This document shows, one piece after another, positions 8,787-17,912 of a stretch of DNA of 64,000 nucleotides. A model generated the notes under the pieces. That model did not search any database, had not been told where the DNA came from, and was given only the letters and a program-made list of their open reading frames with translations. Every line of letters begins with the position of its first letter. Within the stretch, counting starts at the first letter, position 1. Made by a program: the position numbers and the translations under genes. The stretch covers positions 160,001-224,000 of the forward strand of contig JBBRLQ010000001.1 of NCBI GenBank assembly GCA_038231275.1, written 5' to 3'. This DNA comes from Polyangiales bacterium (lineage in GTDB: Bacteria > Myxococcota_A > Polyangia > Polyangiales > Polyangiaceae).

Positions 8787-9818
8787 TCAGGCCTCGTCAG
8801 GAAGCGCTCGGTGCAAGATATCGCTGAGCGTTTCCATATCGCGATCGCCCTTGAGGTGGGCGAGCGCGTGCTTGACCTTGGCGACGGTCGGCGTCACGAA
8901 TTTCAGGAACGCGCGGTTGTTCTTCACGCGATCGATGAAGACGAAGCGACCGGCGTCCTTCAGCTTTCGCTGAACGGTGACGCGATCGAACTGGTGGCCG
9001 AGCTCGACGCGCTCGGCGGTCCCGAGCTTCGCGCGCGCAGCGAACTCGTCGAGGCGCGCTTCGACGAACGCGCGATCGAACTCCTGGTAGCTGTCGTTGA
9101 GGAGCGCGACGAGATCGTAGACGCGCGGCCCCATGAGCGCGTCCTGGAAATCGATCCAGACGAGACGGTCCTTTTTCACCATCAAGTTGCGCGACTGGTA
9201 ATCGCGGTGCACGAAGCCGCGCGACCAGCCCGCGATCTGGCGCGCGAGGCGATCGCCGATCGCGTCGAACTCCGCGCGGTCCTCCGGCGAGAGCGCCTTG
9301 CCGCGCGCGTCGAGGCCCCACTCGCGGAAGTGATCGATCTCCCAACGGAGCAGATCCTCGTCGAAGGCGCGGCCCGCGACCACCGACCAATGCGGCAGAT
9401 CGGCGAGCTTTTGCTGCGCGTCGGCGAGATCCTCAACCGCACGCGTGTAGAGTGCACGTTTGTCGCCGGGCTTCTCGAGGAGGTGGTTGGCGAGCGTCGC
9501 GTCGCCGAGGTCTTCGATGAGGAGCCAGCCGCGGTCGCAGTCCTCGCCGAGGATCGTCGGGACGAGGACGCCTCGACCCGAGAGGAGCTCTCGCACCTCG
9601 AGGAAGGGCCAGCGGGCGCGCGGCGCCTCCTTTTGGATCTCTTCGGGCTTCGCCCCCTCGGGCACGAACATGCCTACGGCTGTCCCACCGTCCGGCAACG
9701 CAACGCGGAAATACCGCCGGGTCGACGCGCCCCCCGGCATCGGCGTGACCTCGAGACGCGCACCTGGATGGAGGCGGCGCACGAGGTCTTCGAGCGGGCG
9801 CAGATCGGCGTCGGTCAT
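8787..9818 (-). CDS. APH-family phosphotransferase, AmgK-like (anomeric MurNAc/GlcNAc kinase)
   Basis: GGASTRRYFRV, LLIEDLGD, FVHRDYQSRNLM, IDFQDALMGP..YDLVALLND, VQRKLKDAGRF. Confidence 0.82.
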   Translation of the reverse strand: MTDADLRPLEDLVRRLHPGARLEVTPMPGGASTRRYFRVALPDGGTAVGMFVPEGAKPEEIQKEAPRARWPFLEVRELLSGRGVLVPTILGEDCDRGWLLIEDLGDATLANHLLEKPGDKRALYTRAVEDLADAQQKLADLPHWSVVAGRAFDEDLLRWEIDHFREWGLDARGKALSPEDRAEFDAIGDRLARQIAGWSRGFVHRDYQSRNLMVKKDRLVWIDFQDALMGPRVYDLVALLNDSYQEFDRAFVEARLDEFAARAKLGTAERVELGHQFDRVTVQRKLKDAGRFVFIDRVKNNRAFLKFVTPTVAKVKHALAHLKGDRDMETLSDILHRALPDEA

Positions 9819-9872
9819 CGTCCCTTCTTAGCAAGCCCGCCGGGGCGCCTGCTACCCTCATGAGGACCCGAC

Positions 9873-10514
9873 ATGGCCGCCCTCCTCACGCCACCAGCGC
9901 TCCCGAGGATCGCCGAGATCGCGAAGAGCCTCGGAGCGGAGCTGCCGCCGGGCGCCGACGCGAAGCTCGCGACGTGGCTGGAGCAGATGGTGGCGTGGAA
10001 CGGCCGCGTGGATCTGACCGCGGCGCGGTCCACGGACGAGCTCGCGGATCTCATGCTGGCCGACGCAATGATGCTCGCCTCACGCGTCCCGCAGGGCGTG
10101 ACGGTGGTGGACGTCGGCACCGGGGCGGGCGCACCGGGTCTGGCGCTGGCGATCGCGCGTCCTGACTTGCGGGTCACCCTCGTCGAGCCGCTCGCCAAAC
10201 GCGTCGCGTTCCTTCGGACCGTCCTCGCCGCAATCGGCCGCGAGGACGTCGGGCTCCTCCGCATGAAGCTCGAGGAGCTGCGGACACGATTCGACGTGGC
10301 CATCGCGCGCGCCACGTTCCCGCCCACGGAGTGGCTGGCGCGCAGCTACGACGTCGTCTCGACACCCGACGGATGCGCGTGGGTGCTCCTCGCCAAGGAG
10401 AGCCCTCCCCAGGATCCCGACGCCACGTTGGTCGAAGATGTGGCGTACACGTGGCCGGCGACGGGCGCGCAGCGTCGCGCCGTCCGCTACACGTTCGGCG
10501 GAGCGGGTGCCTGA
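9873..10514 (+). CDS. rsmG: 16S rRNA (guanine(527)-N7)-methyltransferase RsmG/GidB
   Basis: WNGRVDLTA, VVDVGTGAGAPGLALAIARPDLRVTLVEPLAKRVAFL, DVAIARA. Confidence 0.88.
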   Translation: MAALLTPPALPRIAEIAKSLGAELPPGADAKLATWLEQMVAWNGRVDLTAARSTDELADLMLADAMMLASRVPQGVTVVDVGTGAGAPGLALAIARPDLRVTLVEPLAKRVAFLRTVLAAIGREDVGLLRMKLEELRTRFDVAIARATFPPTEWLARSYDVVSTPDGCAWVLLAKESPPQDPDATLVEDVAYTWPATGAQRRAVRYTFGGAGA

Positions 10515-10591
10515 TCGGGCACACGGAGGTCAGGGCGAAAAGGGGCCACTTTCTTGGCCGAACGTGCCCTCGCGTGCGAGCGCTGGACACA

Positions 10592-13033
10592 ATGTCAGTC
10601 GTCCGAGAGCCTGAGCTCGTTGCTTTGCGGAAGTTGGCCGAAGATCTGGCGGCGCGGCGCGCCGAGAGGTTGTCCACGTGTCACCTCCTGGCGGCGATCG
10701 CCTCGCGGCCGAGCGGGGCCGCCGATCTGCTCGCCGAGAAGCGGCTCAGCACGGAAGTGCTGATGAAGGCAGCGCGCGTCCTGCTCGACGACGAGAAGGA
10801 CTCGGTGGCGCGCGCCATCCAACGGGCCCGCGAGCTCGCGGCGAGGGGTCCTGCCGCCGACCGGCAAGAGCCGCTGGCCGTTCACCTTCTCTTCGCGCTT
10901 TGCCAGGACCGTCACACCGCCGCGCATCGCGCGATCGAGCAGTGCGGGACCGACGTGGGCAAGCTCCGGAACGCGGCCATGCAGCTGGCGATGGGGATCG
11001 CGCCGCCGCGGCGTGCGATCGAGGCGCGGAGGCCGAACGCCGCGCGACCGACGATGCCGGCCTCACCGATGAACCGTCCGTCCTCGCCGGGACCGTCGAC
11101 GCACGCGCCGATGCAGCGGATCGCGATGCCGGCGCCGAAGCCCCCGCACGCGCAGCCGCAGCCGCTCGTCTTGCAGCTGTCGCCCAGCAAGGCGAAGAAG
11201 AAGCCCCAGGTGCAGCAAGGACGCTTCGCGCTCGACGCGAAGAAGTTCGCGCTCATCAACCAGCTTGGGAAGAACCTGACCCTCGCGGCGTCGCTCGGCG
11301 AGCTCGATCCGGTGGTGGGGCGCGACGAGGAGATCGAGCGGACCCTCGACGTGCTCGCCAAGCGGCGCGCCAACAACCCGTGCCTCATCGGCGCGGCCGG
11401 CGTTGGGAAGACCAGCGTGGTGCGCGGCATCGCGCAGCGCATCGCGAACGGGCAGGACGTCGCGTCGCTCGACGATCGCATCCTGGTCGAGATCGAGGCG
11501 GGCGCCCTTCTCGCCGGCACCGGCATGCGCGGCCAGCTCGCCGAACGCCTCGCCATGATCAAAGAAGAGGTGAAGCGCAGCGACGGCCGCATCGTCCTCT
11601 TCTTCGACGAGATCCACACGCTCTTCGGCGGCGACGCCGGCGACGAGGCCGCGAGTGAGCTGAAGGTGGCGCTCGCGAAGGGAGAGCTCGCGTGCATCGG
11701 TGCGACGACGACCGACGAGTACAAGAGGGTGATCGAGGCCGACGCGGCGCTCGCGCGGCGCTTCTCGCCGGTGGAGGTCGCGGAGCTCTCGCCCGAAGAG
11801 TCGGTGCTCGCGCTGGAGCAGGTGGCGCCGATCTTGGGGGCGCACCACAAGGCCCTCTACACGGTGCAAGCGATCGTCGCGTGCGTGCAGTGGAGCGTGC
11901 GCTACGTGCCGGGACGCGCGCTGCCGGACAAAGCGGTGAGCCTCCTCGATCTCGCGGGCGCGCGCGCGCGGCGGCGGTCGAAGACCGAAGTGGACGCAGA
12001 GGATGTCGCCGAAGTGGTGAGCGAAGAGGCGGGAGTACCGATCGAGCGTCTCCTCGAGAGCGACGGTGAGCGCATGCTGAGGCTCGAGGCGATGATGGCG
12101 GAGCGCATCGTCGGTCACACGGCGTCGCTCGGTCGGGTCGCGACGATCTTGCGGCGCAACGCGTCGGGCTTCCGGTCGCGGCGACCCATCGGCTCCTTCC
12201 TCTTGCTCGGGCCCACCGGCGTTGGAAAGACCGAGACCGCAAAAGCGATCGCCGAGTGCCTCTTCCACTCGCCCGACGCCATGACGCGGCTCGACATGTC
12301 GGAGTACGCCGAGGCCCACGCGATCGCGCGGCTCGTCGGCGCGCCGCCGGGATACGTCGGCCACGAAGCAGGCGGACAGCTCACCGAGTCGGTGCGACGA
12401 CGGCCCTACCAGGTCATCCTCCTCGACGAGATCGAGAAGGCGCACCGCGACGTGCTCGAGGCCTTCTTGCAGGTGTTCGACGAGGGGCGCCTCACCGACG
12501 GTCGCGGCCGAACGATCGACTTCACGAATACGGTCATCATCCTCACGTCGAACATCGGCTCCGATCTCACGCCGGCGAGCCAGCGGGGGCGTATCGGCTT
12601 CGGCGCGCGGCGTACGGTGACCGAGAAGAACGCGGAGTACGAGACGGCTGTGATCGGCGCCGCGCGCACCGCACTTCCGCCGGAGCTCTACAACCGCATC
12701 GACGAGGTTCTGGCGTTTCCGCCGCTCACGCGCGACGACGTCGCCGAGGTGGCGCGGCGCATGCTCGTCATCCTCGGCACCGAGCTCGAGGCCGCGAGAG
12801 GGGTGCGTCTCGACGCGAGCGAGGCGGCGGTCGGCGCGCTGCTCGACGGCGGTGGGTACGACGCGGAGCTTGGCGCGCGGCCAATGCGTCGCGCGATCGC
12901 GCGGCTCGTGGAGGCTCCGATCGCCGAGCTCATCCTGCGTGGCGAGCTATCGCGTGGCGACGTCGCAACGGTCGACGTCGAGGACGGCAAGATCGTCGTC
13001 GACGCGATCACGCCACGCGCGCAGACGGCCTGA
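10592..13033 (+). CDS. ATP-dependent Clp protease ATP-binding subunit (ClpA/ClpC-like, two AAA+ modules)
   Basis: Clp N-domain repeats; LDPVVGRDEEI, GAAGVGKT, FFDEIH; second module GPTGVGKTE, RLDMSEY, GYVG, ILLDEIEKAH; IGF ClpP-docking loop. Confidence 0.93.
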   Translation: MSVVREPELVALRKLAEDLAARRAERLSTCHLLAAIASRPSGAADLLAEKRLSTEVLMKAARVLLDDEKDSVARAIQRARELAARGPAADRQEPLAVHLLFALCQDRHTAAHRAIEQCGTDVGKLRNAAMQLAMGIAPPRRAIEARRPNAARPTMPASPMNRPSSPGPSTHAPMQRIAMPAPKPPHAQPQPLVLQLSPSKAKKKPQVQQGRFALDAKKFALINQLGKNLTLAASLGELDPVVGRDEEIERTLDVLAKRRANNPCLIGAAGVGKTSVVRGIAQRIANGQDVASLDDRILVEIEAGALLAGTGMRGQLAERLAMIKEEVKRSDGRIVLFFDEIHTLFGGDAGDEAASELKVALAKGELACIGATTTDEYKRVIEADAALARRFSPVEVAELSPEESVLALEQVAPILGAHHKALYTVQAIVACVQWSVRYVPGRALPDKAVSLLDLAGARARRRSKTEVDAEDVAEVVSEEAGVPIERLLESDGERMLRLEAMMAERIVGHTASLGRVATILRRNASGFRSRRPIGSFLLLGPTGVGKTETAKAIAECLFHSPDAMTRLDMSEYAEAHAIARLVGAPPGYVGHEAGGQLTESVRRRPYQVILLDEIEKAHRDVLEAFLQVFDEGRLTDGRGRTIDFTNTVIILTSNIGSDLTPASQRGRIGFGARRTVTEKNAEYETAVIGAARTALPPELYNRIDEVLAFPPLTRDDVAEVARRMLVILGTELEAARGVRLDASEAAVGALLDGGGYDAELGARPMRRAIARLVEAPIAELILRGELSRGDVATVDVEDGKIVVDAITPRAQTA

Positions 13034-13048
13034 GCGCACCCGAGTCGC

Positions 13049-15331
13049 TCAGGCGGAGGGTCCCTCGATCGCCCGCCGGTACCGCTCGCGGCGCGCGTTG
13101 TCCTTCAAGATCTCGTACGCCTCGTCGAGAACCACGGCTATTTTGCGCACGTCGAGGTTCAGGTCCGCGATCTGGGGCGTGAGGATGCGCGCGGGCTCGA
13201 ACGCGCGACGGAGGTCCACGAACGCGCGGCGCACCTCGTAGCTCGTCGCCGAACGCGGCACCCCGAGGAGCGCGAAGTAGTCCCCTTCGTCGACGAGCTG
13301 GAGCCGCGCCCGAACGCGCGCGCGCACCGCCTCTTCGTCGAGGCTGTCCGGGCCTGCGGGCGCCACGGGGCTCGGCAATCGCCCCTCGCCGATCGCGCGG
13401 ACCATCTCGACGACGCCGAGCAGATCGAGCGCGTAGAGGACCGCGGCGACGTCGGGCTCCGGCGATCGATCGAGCAGGTTCTGGATCGGGAGGCCGCGCG
13501 CGTTCTGGAGGCGCTCGGCGATGCTCGGATCGAGCGAGCACTCGCTCTCCAGCTGCACTGCAGGACCATCCCCGATGCGCGACGTGACGCCGCCGAGCCG
13601 CGCGAGGGCGTCCTCCGGCGCAACGACACGGCGAATGATCTCGACGAACACCTCGGCGCCGGTCGATCGCTCGAAGACGCTCGGCTCGCCGCGGAGGCGT
13701 CCGGGCGGCTCGGCCTCGATGAGCGCGGTGCCCGTCGACTGCTGGATCATGCGCCCGAGGATCCACTCGGCGTGCTCGCGGAGGACGCTCCACAGCTGGT
13801 CTTGCCGGAGGTGCCCGTGCGCGACGAGCGCGGCGCCGGCGTGGCGGCCGAACGGCGGGAGCTTGCCGACGAGCGCCTGCACGTCGTCGCGCGGAAGATC
13901 CCCACGGAGGACGAGGAACGAGAGCAAGCTCTCGCTGTCGACGCCCGACGCCGCCGTCACGAAATCACCCTCGCGGAACACCGCGCGCCGGACGCCTTCT
14001 TGCGATTCGATGCAGAGTGCACCCGTCGCGCGCGTGACGATCGCGTGGGCGACCGCGCGCGCGGCGTCTCCGGGCGCGAGGACGCTCGGCATCGGCGCAG
14101 ACGGACCGAGCCCGAGGCCGACGGTGACCGCCGCGGTGTTGGCGGGCTGCAAGTGGACGGCGTTGGTGACGATCGGCGCTTCACGTGGGAGCGCGCGGCC
14201 GGAAGGATCCATCGTCGTCGCGGGCGGTCCGAAGGTCGGCACCGGCGGATTCGAGCTCATTCGCGGGCGCTCGGAGTCGACCGGCGCGAAGCTGCCGCTC
14301 GACGACGCGTCGGTCCGCACCGGTCCTGGCCCCGTCAGAAAATCGGTGAACCGGCCCCCGGTGGTGCCCGCGTGCGTGCCGCCGCCGGTCGTCTTGTGCA
14401 TCGGAGGATCGGTGGTCGGCGCCTTCGCGTTCGTCGCGCGCGCGCCGGCGTTGGTGCCCACGCCAGTGCCGACGCCCGTAGACAGTCGGCTCCCACCGCC
14501 CGACGTCGTGCCCTTCGCGTGCGCGCCGATCTCGGCGGGCTCGTCGACGGCCTCGCCTTCGAGCGGCTCGTCGAGCGACGCGAGCACGTCGGCGGGGAGC
14601 ACCGCCTCGATTTCCTCTTCCGGCGTCGGGAAGACCGAGTCGTGGGTTACCTGCCCGCCGATGCGCCGCTCGGCTTCGGCGAGCAGCTGCTCGAGCTCGC
14701 TCGACACTTGGGCGGACGGCGAGCGGCGCTCCTCCGGCGCGAACGACGGCAGCGCGGGAGCCGGGGGCGCGACGACCCGAGGGATCTGCATCGACGCCCG
14801 TGGCGGAGGAGACGCGCCGACGTCGCGCATGCTCGGAGGCGGGAGCGAACCGGGGCGACGCGGCGGCGGCTCGAGCGACATCGACGAGACCGACGGCGGC
14901 GGCGTGCTGGGTCGCGCCATCGGCCCGTGGCTCGGCCCTCCGGTGAGCGCCTCGAGCTTCTTCAGGAGAGTCGGCACGTCGACCGGGCGCTTGAAGAACC
15001 CGCTTCCGTCGTGCTCGAGCGCCGTCTCGACGCTCCCGACCGCACCCCCTTCCTTCCCGATGAAGATGACGTCGACGCCATCGGCCTCCGGGATCTCCCG
15101 CATCTTCGTGAGCGTGTCGAGCGCACCTTCCGCGTCGGCGTCCATGAGCAGCACGCGCGGGCGCTGGACGGCCACGCGCGCGACGAGCATCGTGAGGGGC
15201 ACATCGGCGACGAGGTAGCCGCGCGACCGAAGGAGCTGCGCCACGCGCTCGGCCTCGGCGGACGGATCGCTGACGAACACCGTGGTCGGCATTCCTCGCG
15301 GCAGCTCGTCGTCCGGCCTCTCCTCGTCCAC
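13049..15331 (-). CDS. Multidomain protein: receiver-like domain, Pro/Gly/Thr-rich linker, DUF4388-like region, C-terminal DnaJ-like domain
   Basis: N-term PRVLLMD...GFFKRPVDVPTLLKKL (receiver fold); C-term DYFALLGVPRSATSYEVRRAF...EAYEILKDNARRERY (J fold). Confidence 0.75.
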   Translation of the reverse strand: MDEERPDDELPRGMPTTVFVSDPSAEAERVAQLLRSRGYLVADVPLTMLVARVAVQRPRVLLMDADAEGALDTLTKMREIPEADGVDVIFIGKEGGAVGSVETALEHDGSGFFKRPVDVPTLLKKLEALTGGPSHGPMARPSTPPPSVSSMSLEPPPRRPGSLPPPSMRDVGASPPPRASMQIPRVVAPPAPALPSFAPEERRSPSAQVSSELEQLLAEAERRIGGQVTHDSVFPTPEEEIEAVLPADVLASLDEPLEGEAVDEPAEIGAHAKGTTSGGGSRLSTGVGTGVGTNAGARATNAKAPTTDPPMHKTTGGGTHAGTTGGRFTDFLTGPGPVRTDASSSGSFAPVDSERPRMSSNPPVPTFGPPATTMDPSGRALPREAPIVTNAVHLQPANTAAVTVGLGLGPSAPMPSVLAPGDAARAVAHAIVTRATGALCIESQEGVRRAVFREGDFVTAASGVDSESLLSFLVLRGDLPRDDVQALVGKLPPFGRHAGAALVAHGHLRQDQLWSVLREHAEWILGRMIQQSTGTALIEAEPPGRLRGEPSVFERSTGAEVFVEIIRRVVAPEDALARLGGVTSRIGDGPAVQLESECSLDPSIAERLQNARGLPIQNLLDRSPEPDVAAVLYALDLLGVVEMVRAIGEGRLPSPVAPAGPDSLDEEAVRARVRARLQLVDEGDYFALLGVPRSATSYEVRRAFVDLRRAFEPARILTPQIADLNLDVRKIAVVLDEAYEILKDNARRERYRRAIEGPSA

Positions 15332-15341
15332 GCTCGGCCCC

Positions 15342-15485
15342 CTACTTGGTCTCGCGGTCGTCCTTCGGCGCCAAGACGGAGACCACGCGGTCCACGATCT
15401 TGGGAAGGAGGCCCGCCGCGTAGACGAGGACGAAGATGAAGACCACGAGGCCCACCTCGGCGCGCGTCATGTCGAGGAGCTGCAC
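15342..15485 (-). CDS. Small single-pass membrane protein, TatA/TatB-like (47 aa)
   Basis: (M)QLLDMTRAEVGLVVFIFVLVYAAGLLPKIVDRVVSVLAPKDDRETK*; TAAAAT 6 nt before the GTG; below the ORF-track cut-off; alternative ATG at 15470. Confidence 0.65.
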   Translation of the reverse strand: MQLLDMTRAEVGLVVFIFVLVYAAGLLPKIVDRVVSVLAPKDDRETK

Positions 15486-15506
15486 GTGACAATTTTACCA
15501 TGTGCC

Positions 15507-16778
15507 GTGGTAGAGGTGGGGGTGCTTCCGGTCTTCCTTCGGCAGCGCGGCGAGGAGGCCGTTCCCGCGCTCCCCGGTGATTATCCCGGGCTCGGCGCGA
15601 CGACCGAGCTCGCGCGAACGAAGGACGGGCCGTTCGCGCCGCTGCCGCTCGCGCTGGCGGAGGACGCCGGGATGCGCGAGGCGTTCGCGCGCGCGCTGGA
15701 TTTGCCGCTGGTGGACGCGTACGCGCGCGCGCGGCTGTGGCTCCTCATCGGCCTGGTTCCACTGCTCATGTTGGCCGAGCTCGACCGGGAGCTGGCGCGC
15801 GCGGGGTTCGAGGGAGCGTATGGGCGGCTCCTTGGCGACGCGCTCATCGTCGGGGTCGCCGCAGTCGATCTGGCGCGCCGTCTGCCCAGGAATCCGCGCA
15901 CCACGGCCGTCCTCTTCTTCGGAGGCGCGATGCGCTACGCGCTGTTCGTCGCGCGCCCGTGCGGCGCGGGCGTGCATCCGACGATCTTCCTGGCGCCGAT
16001 CGTCGCGATCGTGGCCGGCGTCTTCGTGCTCCGCCATGCGCCGTCGCCCGCGCGCGTGACGGCGGCGATCCTCGCGCGGCTGGGCGTCTCCGAGAAGGAC
16101 GCGGAGGTCGCGCGCGCGTCACGGAGGCCGACGCGCGCGCACCTCGGGGCCGCGATGCTCGGCGCGGTGGGCATGCCGCTCGCCCTCGCAGCGACGCGCG
16201 CGCTCGGTCCCTGGGGTCAGGCGGTCGTGTTCGTCGCCTACGCCGCGCTCGTGCCGCTCGCGGTCGAGAGAATTTTCGAGCCCGGCATGACCCGTCGCGC
16301 CAGGTGGGCGCGCGTCGTCCCTGCCGGCGTCGTCGCGTTCGCGCTCACCGTCGGCATGACCGCAGGCGCGCACTACGGCTTCGACGCAGGCGCCTACGCG
16401 ACGCGCTGCGTGAGCCCCACTGCCTTCGATCACACGGGGAAAAAGGCCCTCGACGCGGAGGGGCGCGACATCGCCAAGAACGTCGAGCGCGCCAGAGAGA
16501 GCATCCCGTATTTCCTGATGACGGTCCTCGTCGTGCCGCTCGCCGAAGAGCGCGTCTTCCGTGGCCTCCTCCAGCGTGTCCTCGCGCGGCGCTTCGGCGA
16601 CACGCGCGCGATCGCGCTGGCGGCGCTCGCCTTCGGTCTCGCGCACCTCGGCGTCTACAAGATCGCCGTCTACCAAACCGTGCTGCTCGGCGTCAGCTTC
16701 GGTACGGCGTACGCGGCCGGCGGTTACCCCGCGGCGGTCTTGGCGCACGCCGCGTGGAACCTCAGCCTCGTTCTTTAG
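15507..16778 (+). CDS. CPBP (Abi/CAAX) family intramembrane glutamic protease
   Basis: VPLAEERVFRG, FGLAH, AVLAHAAWN motifs in a multi-TM protein; start could be GTG 15507, 15516 or 15522. Confidence 0.85.
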   Translation: MVEVGVLPVFLRQRGEEAVPALPGDYPGLGATTELARTKDGPFAPLPLALAEDAGMREAFARALDLPLVDAYARARLWLLIGLVPLLMLAELDRELARAGFEGAYGRLLGDALIVGVAAVDLARRLPRNPRTTAVLFFGGAMRYALFVARPCGAGVHPTIFLAPIVAIVAGVFVLRHAPSPARVTAAILARLGVSEKDAEVARASRRPTRAHLGAAMLGAVGMPLALAATRALGPWGQAVVFVAYAALVPLAVERIFEPGMTRRARWARVVPAGVVAFALTVGMTAGAHYGFDAGAYATRCVSPTAFDHTGKKALDAEGRDIAKNVERARESIPYFLMTVLVVPLAEERVFRGLLQRVLARRFGDTRAIALAALAFGLAHLGVYKIAVYQTVLLGVSFGTAYAAGGYPAAVLAHAAWNLSLVL

Positions 16779-16808
16779 CGCGACCGCAGATCGGTCTAGC
16801 CTGGGCTT

Positions 16809-17855
16809 ATGACCGACACAGCGCGGCTGCGGGGACGGTTCTTGCTGGCGATGGGCGCGCTCGTCGTCGGATGCACGAAAGACGCGACGCCCGACCCGAA
16901 CACGAACGCGAACGCGAACACGGTGAACACGGCGAACACGAACACGAGCGCGCGTGGCTCGATGCCCCTTCCGCCTGAGCCGGGCTGCATGGTCTGCGCA
17001 CTACAATGCGAGCAGGCGACGGGGACCGGTCCGTACCCAACGCCGTTCGAGCGCTGCGCGCCCACCATCGAGGGAGGCCAGGGTCTCTTCAGCGTCGAGC
17101 AGACGAAGAGGACGCGCGGAGACGCGACGACCGCAAGCACGTGCTGCTACGTGTTTCCCAACCGCCACCCGCCGGGACCCGGACGGCCTTACGTCGTCGA
17201 CGGACGAGCACGGGTGGCCGACGCAAAGACACGCGGCGACTGGACGCAGCCCATCCGGCCGATCGTGCCGAACGATCCGGCCGAGCGGCGTGCGCGCGAG
17301 GACACGTGGAGGAAGGCAGGCCTCGCCGAGCACGCGTCGATCGCGAGCTTCGCGCGCTTCGCCCTCGAGCTGCTCGCGCTCGGCGCGCCTCCCGAGCTCC
17401 TCCACGACGCTCATGCGGCGGCGATGGACGAGGTGAAGCACGCGCGCCTGGCGTTCGCGCTCGCGTCGGCATACGCGGGGGAGCCGCTCGGTCCGGGGCC
17501 GTTGCGGACGGTGGACGCGCCGCCGCGCGCGTCGCTCGAGGACGTCGCGCTCGCCACGCTCGTCGAAGGGGGGCTCGGCGAGACCGTCGCCGCGCTCGAG
17601 GCGCGAATGGACGCCGCGCGCAGCGAGGATCCGGTGGTCCGCGCCATCCTCCTCGAGATCGCCGACGACGAGGAGCGCCACGCCGAGCTCGCGTGGCGGA
17701 CGCTCGCGTGGGCAGTGCGCGAGGGCGGCGCAGCGCTCGCGCACGCGCTCGCGGACGCCGTCCGAGACCTCGAGCGCGCAGGCGGCGATCCCACGCGCTC
17801 GCGCGTGCTTCGCGACATCGTCGGCCCTTGCGTCGCCGCGCTCGCCGCCGCCTGA
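16809..17855 (+). CDS. Lipoprotein with C-terminal ferritin-like (diiron) domain
   Basis: Lipobox LVVG-C; EHASIASF, DEVKHA, VEGGLGETVAAL, IADDEERHAELAW (two ExxH motifs). Confidence 0.8.
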   Translation: MTDTARLRGRFLLAMGALVVGCTKDATPDPNTNANANTVNTANTNTSARGSMPLPPEPGCMVCALQCEQATGTGPYPTPFERCAPTIEGGQGLFSVEQTKRTRGDATTASTCCYVFPNRHPPGPGRPYVVDGRARVADAKTRGDWTQPIRPIVPNDPAERRAREDTWRKAGLAEHASIASFARFALELLALGAPPELLHDAHAAAMDEVKHARLAFALASAYAGEPLGPGPLRTVDAPPRASLEDVALATLVEGGLGETVAALEARMDAARSEDPVVRAILLEIADDEERHAELAWRTLAWAVREGGAALAHALADAVRDLERAGGDPTRSRVLRDIVGPCVAALAAA

Positions 17856-17912
17856 GCCGCGTCGGGGTGAGGTGTCGTCGGCGGGTCCGTGACGCCTCGA
17901 GGCGCGGACGCG

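Noticed and set aside
15507..16778. CPBP protease as a myxosortase with local MYXO-CTERM substrates
   Set aside because: No neighbouring protein ends in a recognisable MYXO-CTERM or similar sorting signal, and the subfamily cannot be assigned by eye.
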